A program made the position numbers and the translations under genes. A DNA stretch of 20,000 nt. Origin: an uncultured virus (IMG/VR IMGVR_UViG_3300047320_000362). Its lineage: Duplodnaviria; Heunggongvirae; Uroviricota; Caudoviricetes. The first letter of the stretch is position 1, and each line of letters begins with the position of its first letter. Positions 1-9,067 of this stretch are shown here, one piece after another. The stretch lies in the IMG/VR virus record IMGVR_UViG_3300047320_000362. One strand, written 5' to 3'. The notes under the pieces are model-generated. The model did not search any database. It had not been told where the DNA came from and saw only the letters and a program-made list of their open reading frames with translations.

Positions 1-53
1 GCCAGAACGACGGCGGCGATCACCGTGCCGATGGCGGGTTCTATTAGCGTCAT
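1..53 (-). CDS. N-terminus of a probable membrane protein, running off the window start
   Basis: ATG at 53-51 with GGAGGA 5 nt upstream; reads MTLIEPAIGTVIAAVVL (hydrophobic). Confidence 0.5.
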   Translation of the reverse strand, partial: MTLIEPAIGTVIAAVVL

Positions 54-194
54 GAAGATCCTCCAGATTGGGATTCAATCATCCCGCCTGATCCCGATCG
101 GCGCAAGGACTCATGTCAGTGCGGGCCGTCGGGGTCTTTGTCTCATGCCTGTCCGGTATCTAGGATCCATGCAGATCGATGAAAGGTAACGCAC

Positions 195-890
195 ATGGAA
201 CTGCAGAAGCCGACGGACAGGATCGTCAAGGCAACGCTCGTCTCGCTCGTCAGGAAGGTCGCCTGGGGGCCGAGCCGCGACATGCTCTTGAAGGAATCGG
301 CGCGCTTCCGTGCGGCGGCGGGCGAAGCCACGCAGCAGGTGAATGGCATCGTGCTGAACGAACTCTTCACGCACAACGCCCGCGGAGGGGTCGAGGACGA
401 CGCGCTCCGCGATGCACGGAAACGCGAAGGCATCCTGCGCACGCAATCCGATGAACTTCACTGGAAGTCGGAACTCTACGCCCTGGCGGCAGCCGCACGC
501 TTCCCACGCGACGATGATCGGACGCTGAAGAACTTCGTCGTGAACATCATTGAGGACATCCGCCAGTTCCAGGATAAGGGCTATATCACCGCAGGACGCG
601 CGATGCAGGACATTGCCGGAGCCGTTACCAGCGCTCTTGAAGCGGAAGGTCTCGAACTCAAGGATCTACCGCTTCCTCCAAGCATCGAAGAGATGATCGA
701 CAGGGGAATGCCACGTCCGGACTACATCTCGGAAAAGCACTGGAAGGCTGCGGAGGAAGCCTACTTCCACCAGATGACGCTGGACAACACGCCTTCCGAC
801 TTCATCAACGGCGGCGATGACTACGACGACTATTCCGGTGACGATGGTTTTGCCGAGAGCCCTGAAGAAGAAATGGCACTGGCGCGCTGA
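195..890 (+). CDS. Hypothetical protein (231 aa) with acidic C-terminal tail
   Basis: Long ORF with GAAAGG upstream and GC3-rich codons; no family recognised. Confidence 0.75.
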   Translation: MELQKPTDRIVKATLVSLVRKVAWGPSRDMLLKESARFRAAAGEATQQVNGIVLNELFTHNARGGVEDDALRDARKREGILRTQSDELHWKSELYALAAAARFPRDDDRTLKNFVVNIIEDIRQFQDKGYITAGRAMQDIAGAVTSALEAEGLELKDLPLPPSIEEMIDRGMPRPDYISEKHWKAAEEAYFHQMTLDNTPSDFINGGDDYDDYSGDDGFAESPEEEMALAR

Positions 891-917
891 CAAAGTCTGC
901 TTGAAGGATGTATCCAA

Positions 918-1460
918 TCAGGGCGCTGGCTTGATGCTGCGTTCGTAGTCGGCATCCAGCTCCTTGGCCTGGGCACGCCATTCATCGACGGTGATAGTCT
1001 TCGCCCGGCGCAGGTCGCCAAGCGCGATGTGAGCTGCGCGATGAGCCTCGTATCGGTCCTGACGGTCGATGAAGGCCGTCACGCCGTCGATGAAATCGTA
1101 TTTCGTCTCGATCCCGCGGCGCTCCGCGATCGCCACTTCGACTTCGCTTCTGAGCTCGACGTATCCGATCTCGTCGCGGTTCGCGAATGCGATCATCGGA
1201 CGTCCGTTGACCGCAACGAAGCAGATCTCGCCGTCATCGACCAGCGCGTGATGGATGGTGTGAAGGAGGCCTGCGAAATCCTCGGCGCTTTCGAAGGCGC
1301 GCGCATAGCTTCGCTCGATGAAGCCGTATGGATTCGCCTCCGTCTCCATCAGCCATCGGGTAATCAGGCGCATGTCTGGAGTGTCATCATTGCGGAACCG
1401 CTCGATCCGCTCGAGAGCGCCATCGAATCTTTCGCGCCAGTCATCGAAGCTTACTGCCAT
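918..1460 (-). CDS. Hypothetical protein (180 aa)
   Basis: AAAGGA upstream; protein-like composition; last of a run of minus-strand genes. Confidence 0.75.
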   Translation of the reverse strand: MAVSFDDWRERFDGALERIERFRNDDTPDMRLITRWLMETEANPYGFIERSYARAFESAEDFAGLLHTIHHALVDDGEICFVAVNGRPMIAFANRDEIGYVELRSEVEVAIAERRGIETKYDFIDGVTAFIDRQDRYEAHRAAHIALGDLRRAKTITVDEWRAQAKELDADYERSIKPAP

Positions 1461-1534
1461 GAATTCCGTCCTTTAAAACGTAGCCTAATTTGCACTGAAG
1501 GGAGCGCCCAACGACATCGAACGTCGCCCCTGCC

Positions 1535-2044
1535 TCAGCTACTAGCCGACATGAACGAGACGTTTGACGCAATGACCAGCGACGAGATCACGAATGAGAA
1601 AGCGGCTACAGTCAGGAAGATGCGGTACTTAGCCGAAGAATGCCTGTATGCGACGAGGACGGCTGGAACCGCGGTGAAATGGGCAAGGATCCATGCCGTC
1701 GGAGTGCTCGTGACCACTCCGTAGCTCGGGTGCGGAATGAACACGGAGGTGCACCAAAGAATTTCAGCCAGGACAGCCGTGACAACTGAGAAGGCGGTCG
1801 CGGTACGCAATCGGTTTCCACCCTCGCCACTGGTCATCTCGACCCGCCGCGCGGCCATGACCGCGTCGTGCTCTCCACTGAGCCAGATCTGGACCTCAGC
1901 CATCAGAGCACCGGCCGTGACGACGCCCACGATGGCGAGGATGAGAACGGCACCGCTCGCAGCGCCGACGTGGAAGAGCACGCAGAGGAAGAGCAACGCG
2001 GTTGCAACCTCAAGCGGATTCCCAAAGACGGATCCGATTTTCAT
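1535..2044 (-). CDS. Hypothetical multi-pass membrane protein (169 aa)
   Basis: AAAGGA upstream; about 5 hydrophobic segments. Confidence 0.7.
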   Translation of the reverse strand: MKIGSVFGNPLEVATALLFLCVLFHVGAASGAVLILAIVGVVTAGALMAEVQIWLSGEHDAVMAARRVEMTSGEGGNRLRTATAFSVVTAVLAEILWCTSVFIPHPSYGVVTSTPTAWILAHFTAVPAVLVAYRHSSAKYRIFLTVAAFSFVISSLVIASNVSFMSASS

Positions 2045-2072
2045 GACTTAGTCCTTTCTGCGAATTCGTTGA

Positions 2073-2528
2073 TCAGTGGATGCAGGGCGCGGTAAAGAAA
2101 CTGAGATTAGCTTCGAGATAGGCGATGACCTCGCCCAGAAGCTCTCTTGCGAATTTGGGATCACACTCGGCGCCGGACACAGTCTCGTAGCACGCGCGGC
2201 CGTCCCTGACCGCCACGATGACCAACGGCTGTCTTCCGCTGGTGTATGCCGCGAAGAAGCCGTCCACGGCCCCATCCTTGGCGATCCGGTCGAGCGGGAA
2301 GCTCATCTTGCGATCCAGTCCCCACGACGAGCCTCGGCCGCCGGGCCTGGACCAGTTCCGCGGATTGGCCCAGTACATCGCGTCCGCGATTTCGTCGGCA
2401 GTCTTCATCTCGACCCAGACCACGTTCTTCCAGCGGCCGTCTGCAAGCTTGACCGCCAGACCGCCTTCGGGGCGGCGACTTTCGAAGAGTTCGTTCAAAT
2501 GGCCCCAAAGGGCGTTGCTCACAATCAT
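2073..2528 (-). CDS. Hypothetical protein (151 aa)
   Basis: GGAGGA upstream of the ATG; co-oriented with neighbours. Confidence 0.75.
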   Translation of the reverse strand: MIVSNALWGHLNELFESRRPEGGLAVKLADGRWKNVVWVEMKTADEIADAMYWANPRNWSRPGGRGSSWGLDRKMSFPLDRIAKDGAVDGFFAAYTSGRQPLVIVAVRDGRACYETVSGAECDPKFARELLGEVIAYLEANLSFFTAPCIH

Positions 2529-2588
2529 CCTGTCCTCCGTATCGAAACCTCAGGCGACCACTCGATTGGCGGTCGCCTAACAGAGGTC

Positions 2589-4424
2589 TTATTGCAGGGC
2601 TTCCTTCAGGCGCTGGCGGATAGCCTTGAGTTCCTCGGGCGTCGGGGGATCGAGATTGTCGATCACCTTCAGCAGGACATCGTCAGCCGCCGCGCTGCTT
2701 TCGACCACTTCCGCCGGGCCTTCCTTCCCGCTGAAGCGGAGATTGTCGAACTCTGTTGAGAAGACGACGACAGGCTCCTCGTTGTCGGTCGTGAAGCGGA
2801 CGCGGTCGCCGATCTTGGTGACGACGATGTCGCCGATCTTCTCCTCGGAGATCTCGATGATCTTGCCGGGGATGGTGTCGAGTGTCAGGTAGAAGCTCGT
2901 GCGCTCGTTCTGCACGACCGAGGTCATCGTCACCACACGCCCCTCGAAGGATTTGCCCAGAGGAGCAGATCCGGCGGAGAAGCCCGCGTCGCGGCCAGCG
3001 CGCTGCATGGAGCGGCTGTAGTCGGTGAGGGCGGCCTGGATCGAGTTGCCTTTGCCGAAGACGTTGCGGTTCGTCTGGGACACGATGGCGAATGCCTTTC
3101 GCGATCCGGCGCCGTCGACGATGATCGAGAAGTATGCGGCCTCCCCGTTGATCGTCAGGAGCACGCAGTCGGCTGCATTGTAGCCCTCGAAGTCCGCATA
3201 GGCGCCGTTCATCACGGCCTTCGCAGCGGTCTCGGTGATGCCTGCGCGACGGTAGAAGGTGATCTTCCCGGTGCGTGCGTTGGCGGTGTAAAAGCCGGAG
3301 GTCGCGCCCTCGGACTTGTTGTTCTGGAACTGCGTTCCCGAGTAGTAGACGATGTCCTGCGCCGCATCGATTGTCACGTTGATGCCGGGCGTGGAGACGA
3401 TGACGTCGTTGCCCGTGAAGAAGCAGGCGGACCACCCCTGCGACCAGCAGCCCCAGTCGCTGAAGCGCTCGGAGATCATGTCCTGATGGTACAGGCGGTC
3501 GACCCACGCAGGCACGTCGGCGATGTTCGTATAGGTCTGCACGTCGCCGGTCATGGCATTGACGATGGACCAGCTCACAGGCATCTCGCCGCCCATGCCG
3601 ACCTGAGGCAGGGACATCGGGACAACCCAATAGGGGTTCCATTCCTCGTCGACCTGGAAGATAGCCTCGCCCATGATCTCGTTCTTGAAGCCGCGGTTGA
3701 ACAGATGACGATAGACGTTGTCGTCCGACCATGCGTTCACGCCGATGCGCAGCGGCTTGTCCTGCACGAAGTTGGTGACCATCTCGCTCGTCTGCGACAC
3801 GGCGATGTAGCCGGGAGTCGTTCCATGCGACTTCCATTTGCCGTAGCCGGAGTGCTCGAGCGGAATGACCCAGTACATGGTGTTGCCGACCTTATTGCCC
3901 CAAGGCTCGCCCATCTCGACACGGGAGCCGAGACCAGTCTCCGTGGCGGAGGCGAGGATTTCGGCAGCGCGCTTGAGCGCAAGCTGATCAGTGACCGTGC
4001 GGGCCTGCGACTGGTCGACTAGCGGAACCGATGCGTCACGCTCCTTGATTTCGGGCGTAACGAGGCGACCGTAGGCTTCGGCATTGAAGATCGGAGCCGA
4101 CGTATAGAACCCCACTCCGAAGGTTACGACTGCCGATGCGACGAAGAACATGACGGAAGTCCCTCGCATGTCGCCGAACGGCACGCGAACCAGGATCGCG
4201 ATCAGGGCGACGAAGTACGCCTGCACCCACGTGCTGACGAGATATGGGCTGAAGGATGTCATGAACATCCAGGCCAGCAGTGCCGACAGACCGCCGATGA
4301 TCGTCATGGCGCACAAGATGGTTCCGACACCGGTGCGGATAGGGTGGTCGAGAACCCAGACCACAAGGGTGATCACGGCACCAGCCACAAACCAGGCGGG
4401 AACGGTTGAGAACAGCATGCGCAT
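2589..4424 (-). CDS. Large membrane-anchored protein (~611 aa): about 4 N-terminal TM helices, a large soluble beta-rich region and a possible C-terminal OB-like domain
   Basis: Long ORF with a hydrophobic N-terminal ~110 aa. The C-terminal GRVVTMTSVVQNERTSFYLTLD...VTKIGDRVRFT looks OB-fold-like. RBS spacing suggests the true start may be the ATG at 4418. Confidence 0.85.
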   Translation of the reverse strand: MRMLFSTVPAWFVAGAVITLVVWVLDHPIRTGVGTILCAMTIIGGLSALLAWMFMTSFSPYLVSTWVQAYFVALIAILVRVPFGDMRGTSVMFFVASAVVTFGVGFYTSAPIFNAEAYGRLVTPEIKERDASVPLVDQSQARTVTDQLALKRAAEILASATETGLGSRVEMGEPWGNKVGNTMYWVIPLEHSGYGKWKSHGTTPGYIAVSQTSEMVTNFVQDKPLRIGVNAWSDDNVYRHLFNRGFKNEIMGEAIFQVDEEWNPYWVVPMSLPQVGMGGEMPVSWSIVNAMTGDVQTYTNIADVPAWVDRLYHQDMISERFSDWGCWSQGWSACFFTGNDVIVSTPGINVTIDAAQDIVYYSGTQFQNNKSEGATSGFYTANARTGKITFYRRAGITETAAKAVMNGAYADFEGYNAADCVLLTINGEAAYFSIIVDGAGSRKAFAIVSQTNRNVFGKGNSIQAALTDYSRSMQRAGRDAGFSAGSAPLGKSFEGRVVTMTSVVQNERTSFYLTLDTIPGKIIEISEEKIGDIVVTKIGDRVRFTTDNEEPVVVFSTEFDNLRFSGKEGPAEVVESSAAADDVLLKVIDNLDPPTPEELKAIRQRLKEALQ

Positions 4425-4600
4425 ATCCTTTCAAGGATTCATCATGGTGACCTCGTATAGATTGAATCCTTCTCCGTAAAGACCCGGCGGCTCAATCCAT
4501 GCAGGATTCGGCTATGAATTTTGACATTGGCCGCTTTGGTCTGTTTACAGATCCGGCACCGCGCGCTACATCGAATGCACGAAAACAAGGTATCCGCGAC

Positions 4601-5266
4601 ATGTCCACGTACTACAGCTACTACCTCCGCGCTCCTCTGAAGGATCCGTCGATCTCGTCGGTTCAGGAATTCCGCGACATCGCATTCAAGGCGCCAGGAG
4701 AGATCTGCTTCGACATCGAAAGCGGGACGATCCACAACGTGTCAAGCACCCCGTATTTCGGCAAGTCGACGGACTACGAAGGGCCAAGCTTCTCCTTCGA
4801 GGGGATGGACGTAAGCAATGGCGTCCTCAGCATCGGCATCTTCGCGAGCAATCTCGAGCGTTCGGAGAACTACTACGAGGAGGATGGGATCCAGGGACCT
4901 CAGTACCGTTCGCGTCTCGAAAACCTGATGAGCTACCTGTCCAGCGTGACCACGGGCGGACCCGGCGAGGTGCAGGGATCCTTCGGCAGCGAACACGACG
5001 ACTACATGCACGGACATCCGATCATCCGGTGCGCCGACGGCGGACTGCGCATCCTTCGCACGGATACACAGGACGACTATGACTGGTATCATGGCCCGGG
5101 AGACATCAGGACCGAGACGGAAGGCGTGCTGGCCGTCATCCCCGACCGGATTCCGGCCGACCTCGTCGTCGACTACAAGAACGACGCCTATCTGAACGAC
5201 ATTCACGACGAACTGGTCGCGAGGCTGCGCCCGATTGACGGCTCGACGCAGAAGCTCATCGGATGA
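4601..5266 (+). CDS. Hypothetical acidic protein (ORF track start 4499; ATG 4601 preferred)
   Basis: Codon bias becomes gene-like from MSTYYSYYL; stop overlaps the next start (ATGA at 5263-5266). Confidence 0.7.
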   Translation: MSTYYSYYLRAPLKDPSISSVQEFRDIAFKAPGEICFDIESGTIHNVSSTPYFGKSTDYEGPSFSFEGMDVSNGVLSIGIFASNLERSENYYEEDGIQGPQYRSRLENLMSYLSSVTTGGPGEVQGSFGSEHDDYMHGHPIIRCADGGLRILRTDTQDDYDWYHGPGDIRTETEGVLAVIPDRIPADLVVDYKNDAYLNDIHDELVARLRPIDGSTQKLIG

Positions 5267-5931
5267 CGGCGAAACAAAAGGATCACCTCATGGAATTCGA
5301 CAAGAAGGTCCTAGACCGCACGCTTCATGACTGGATGGATGCCGTCAGGACTGCGGTGCACACCATCACGCCCGGCGTGTTCATCGTCGCAGGCATCGAG
5401 CGCCACCGGAAGCTGATCATCGACGCGACCATGTCCATGCTGAAAGAGGCGGGGCCCGTTGATCCAACTGTGATCCCGAGGCATCCGATCGTCCTCCGCA
5501 TGAGGCCGTTTGAAGACTTCTATTCGTATAGCCGCCTCTCGGGACTTGAGGAAGCAGAAGAGGCTTTCAGCCTTGCCATCTTCCGCCCGGTGGTGATCGA
5601 GATGCACGTGATGTCGGTTCGAAGCGTCTTTCGACGACTGGCGGGAACCGGAGTTCACGATGCCGATATCGGTCTGATCAAGGGCATTTACAGTCTCACT
5701 GGCGTACCATCGGCCAACGGCGAGGCGATGGTCAAAGACATCAGATTCTTCGCGAACGAAGCCGAAGTGACGCGCGCTCGAACTGACGAATTCAATAGCA
5801 GCGAAGACCGCTACTTCATTGGCGACAGCCTGCGCAAGATCTCCGGCGAGGGCATTTCCATCGAGGACGTGAAGAACCGCTTTCCGCGCGACACTGTGGT
5901 CGAAAGCGTCCAGTCGCTCTGCGCCGCCTGA
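5263..5931 (+). CDS. Hypothetical protein (222 aa)
   Basis: ATGA overlap with the upstream gene; ends 14 nt before dnaG. Confidence 0.75.
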   Translation: MTAKQKDHLMEFDKKVLDRTLHDWMDAVRTAVHTITPGVFIVAGIERHRKLIIDATMSMLKEAGPVDPTVIPRHPIVLRMRPFEDFYSYSRLSGLEEAEEAFSLAIFRPVVIEMHVMSVRSVFRRLAGTGVHDADIGLIKGIYSLTGVPSANGEAMVKDIRFFANEAEVTRARTDEFNSSEDRYFIGDSLRKISGEGISIEDVKNRFPRDTVVESVQSLCAA

Positions 5932-5945
5932 TAAACGAGGCTCAG

Positions 5946-7466
5946 ATGCGCTTTTCCAATGCCTTCCTTGACGAGCTGCGTGAACGCGTTCCGATTTCGG
6001 ACGTGATCGGCCGCCGCATGGTCTGGGACGAGCGCCAGACAAACGTCGCGCGCGGCGAATACTGGGGCTGCTGCCCGTTCCATCGCGAGAGGTCTCCAAG
6101 CTTCCACTGCTATATCCGCAAGGGGCGCTATCACTGCTTCGGCTGCGGGCAGAGTGGCGACCACTTCAAGTTCCTGATCGAGCTGGAGGGCCTGAGCTTT
6201 CCTGAGGCCGTGCAGCAGATCGCTGACATGGGCGGTGTCACGCTGCCTGCAGCGGATCCGGTCTCGGAAGAGCGCGAGAAGGAGCGCAAATCGCTTCTCG
6301 ATGTCATGGAGCTTGCGACCCGGTTCTTCGAGGAGCGGCTGCTGTCGGTGGATGGTGCCAAGGCGAGGGCCTATCTGCAAGGGCGAGGACTGACAGAGGA
6401 TACGATCGAGACGTTCCGGCTGGGCTTCGCTCCGGACAGCCGCAATGCCTTGAAGGAGTTCCTGGCAGGAAAGGGCGTCTCCAGGCAGCAAATCGAAGCC
6501 TGCGGACTTGTCGTGCACGGCCCAGACATTCAGGTTTCCTACGACCGCTTCCGCGACCGGATCATGTTTCCGATCCTGTCGCCACTCGAGAAGGTCATCG
6601 CATTCGGCGGGAGGGCCATGTCACCCGGCGCATCCCCAAAGTATCTCACCGCCAGCGACACCGAGCTCTTCCGCAAGGGCGACATCCTCTACAACCTCGC
6701 GCGGGCGCGCCGGGCCTCCAATAGCGGGAGGGGGAATGGGGGTGTCGTGGCCGTCGAAGGCTACATGGATGTGATCGCGCTGCATCAGGCGGGCGTCGAG
6801 AATGCCGTGGCACCCCTCGGCACCGCGCTGACCCGCAACCAGCTAAAGCTACTCTGGAGGATTGCTCGGGAGCCGATCCTCTGCTTCGATGGCGACAGCG
6901 CTGGCACCCGGGCCGCGAACCGGGCCGCCGATCTGGCGCTTCCAAGCATCAGGCCGGGCCGCAGCCTTCGCTTCGCCCTTCTTCCCGACGGCAAGGATCC
7001 TGACGATCTGGTGCGCGAGGAGGGCAGGAGTGCGTTTGACAGCGCGAGGCAGCAGGCCACGGCGCTGTCGGAACTGATCTGGATCCGCGAGATCGGCGAC
7101 GCGCGGTTCGACACGCCAGAGGCCAGAGCCGAACTTGAGGTGCGCCTCAGAGACATCGGGAACGCTATCGCCGATGAAGGCGCGCGCCACCAGTACCAGC
7201 AGGAAATGCGCGACCGCATGAACAGCTTCTTTTCAAGCGCCGATCGATACACCGGTCTTCTTGGCGACGGCCTGGACATAACCGGAAGACAGATCGAGTA
7301 CTGGGGAGACATCTGGACGGTCACGGGCAAGAACTACCTCGGTGACTGGGATGTCGAGCGCTTCGAGACGAGGCCCGACGGCAGGTTCAGGATCACGTCG
7401 TCCATCTGCCCGAAAATTCTCCCCGAGACGCACGGGCACTTCGCGCGTCTTGTCAGCCATTCCTGA
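5946..7466 (+). CDS. dnaG: DNA primase DnaG with atypical C-terminus
   Basis: CHC2 zinc finger (CCPFH..SPSF..YHCFGC), DRFRDRIMFPI, FGGR, and Toprim motifs VEGYMDV, LGTA, FDGD, GKDPDD; GAGG upstream. Confidence 0.95.
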   Translation: MRFSNAFLDELRERVPISDVIGRRMVWDERQTNVARGEYWGCCPFHRERSPSFHCYIRKGRYHCFGCGQSGDHFKFLIELEGLSFPEAVQQIADMGGVTLPAADPVSEEREKERKSLLDVMELATRFFEERLLSVDGAKARAYLQGRGLTEDTIETFRLGFAPDSRNALKEFLAGKGVSRQQIEACGLVVHGPDIQVSYDRFRDRIMFPILSPLEKVIAFGGRAMSPGASPKYLTASDTELFRKGDILYNLARARRASNSGRGNGGVVAVEGYMDVIALHQAGVENAVAPLGTALTRNQLKLLWRIAREPILCFDGDSAGTRAANRAADLALPSIRPGRSLRFALLPDGKDPDDLVREEGRSAFDSARQQATALSELIWIREIGDARFDTPEARAELEVRLRDIGNAIADEGARHQYQQEMRDRMNSFFSSADRYTGLLGDGLDITGRQIEYWGDIWTVTGKNYLGDWDVERFETRPDGRFRITSSICPKILPETHGHFARLVSHS

Positions 7467-7479
7467 CGTGATGGAGGTC

Positions 7480-7547
7480 CAAACCTTGGGAGTTGCATCT
7501 CAAACCTTGGGAGCTGCCTCCAAGGCTTCGGAGGAACTCCCAAGGTT
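7480..7547. repeat. 21-bp direct repeats plus an inverted copy
   Basis: CAAACCTTGGGAGTTGCATCT (7480-7500) and CAAACCTTGGGAGCTGCCTCC (7501-7521). AACTCCCAAGGTT (7535-7547) is the exact reverse complement of 7482-7494. Confidence 0.85.
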
Positions 7548-7642
7548 CCATGACAAAACCAGCCACATTGATGCCGGGTGTGGTCGCTTGCCGAGATGAC
7601 ACGCAGATTCAGATGAAGTTCAAGCCCGCGGAAGGGGTCGCA

Positions 7643-7900
7643 ATGAGCAACAATCTGAACGCCGCGCTGCAGACGTTGCGCCACATCATGGGTGACGAAT
7701 GCGAAAACTTTACCAGCGGCCTCGGCTCCTGCTATGAAGCCGGCCGTTCCCCGGGGGCCGAATACTCCTCGGATCGATGCTGCGTGAACTGCATCGCCCA
7801 CAGGTTCCTGACCTGCGGCGAAGTCCCGCGCGAGGAACGGCACATCGATCTCGAAACGGAAAATTCCTACGGGAAGCCGGCGTTCCTTCTTCCGCGCTAA
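7643..7900 (+). CDS. Small Cys-rich hypothetical protein (85 aa)
   Basis: GAAGGGG before ATG 7643; six Cys including CCxxC followed by His, possibly metal-binding. Confidence 0.6.
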   Translation: MSNNLNAALQTLRHIMGDECENFTSGLGSCYEAGRSPGAEYSSDRCCVNCIAHRFLTCGEVPREERHIDLETENSYGKPAFLLPR

Positions 7901-8063
7901 CCCCGTCTTTCCGTGTTCTAACCCGCATTGATCCAATCCCCGCCCGCATCGATCATTGTTGTGCAATGACGGGAGATGCATGTTGAGCAAGGATAACGTG
8001 ATCATAGTGGGGGATCTTTCCCTGGAGCCTTCGAGCTACACTTCGGAGCGGTCGGAGAGGGCC

Positions 8064-8993
8064 ATGCCCGGCACCGCCGCAATCAAGCAGGTTCTCACCC
8101 TGATCCAGCCGCCGGCACCGCCGGAGAACCCCGTCCCGGAAGATGATCGCGACTACGGGCCGGATCCAGTCGCCGAATATGTGCTCCGGTTCGACGCGCC
8201 GAGCACGTTCTCGTGCTCAGAGATGTCCGAGGCCCTCCTGACGATAAAATGGCCGACACCCCTTGAGAGACCCTGTTACTACGTCGTGACTCCCTCCGGC
8301 CAGACGACGTACCTCATGTCAATCGACGCCCCGACGGAAGGAGTGGCGATCGTGGCGGGCTGGAGCCTCAGGGATCTGGATCCGGCGGAATTCATTGCGG
8401 CTTCGGCGGAGAAGCTTGCAAGATGGCTGTCGAAGCGCAGGTTCGGCTTCAACGCCGCATCCGAGATCTCCCTAACCGACATTGAGACGCAGGTCGACCG
8501 CGCCGCGGAGATCCAGGTCGTCGCTCCAGAACGTGTCGAATGCCTGGTCTACCTCGACAAGACGGAAGACATGCTCGACGGAAAGCGCGTCTGGAACCTG
8601 CTGCATTCCATGGGCTTTACCTGGGGCGACATGGACTGTTTCCAGTGGGCGGACGAGACCGGTCAGTCCGACTACCTCATCTGGGTCGAGGTCTATGACA
8701 ACCAGTATGGCTACGCGATCCCGGAATACATCGCCGGCGGCAGCCAGAACTTCAGCGCCATTTCGTTCAGCTTCAATCCCTCCCGCACGCCTTCGCCGCT
8801 CCACGTCCTCGGCGAGATGCTCAAGGCCGTCGCCTTCTTTCAGAAGGAAACAGGCAGCCGGGTGGCGGCACGGATCGATGGCGAAGTTGTCGATGGCGCT
8901 GAGCAGCTCATAGAGGCCGTCCAGACGCTCTCCGATGGACTGGCGGCCCTTGGCGTCGAACCGGGGTCCAGCAGCGTCTGCAGGCTCCGCTGA
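8064..8993 (+). CDS. Protein with a ZipA C-terminal (FtsZ-binding)-like domain and no TM anchor
   Basis: GGAGAGG before ATG 8064 (upstream alternative 7980). The segment GKRVWNLLHSMGFTWGDMDCF...AISFSFNPSRTPSPLHVLGEMLKAVAFFQKETG resembles the ZipA_C pattern (GFxFGEMxIFH...F..ML..A..LA..LGG), judged by eye. Confidence 0.65.
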   Translation: MPGTAAIKQVLTLIQPPAPPENPVPEDDRDYGPDPVAEYVLRFDAPSTFSCSEMSEALLTIKWPTPLERPCYYVVTPSGQTTYLMSIDAPTEGVAIVAGWSLRDLDPAEFIAASAEKLARWLSKRRFGFNAASEISLTDIETQVDRAAEIQVVAPERVECLVYLDKTEDMLDGKRVWNLLHSMGFTWGDMDCFQWADETGQSDYLIWVEVYDNQYGYAIPEYIAGGSQNFSAISFSFNPSRTPSPLHVLGEMLKAVAFFQKETGSRVAARIDGEVVDGAEQLIEAVQTLSDGLAALGVEPGSSSVCRLR

Positions 8994-9067
8994 GCCGCTG
9001 CGTGCCTGTTGTCGCTTGCCCGTCCGTCGGAAACCATGACTTCAGATTGAAGAGCAGGAGAACAGCT

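Noticed and set aside
2683..3837. 384-aa Arg-rich minus-strand ORF
   Set aside because: Alternate frame inside the 611-aa gene, with composition typical of a GC-rich off-frame reading.
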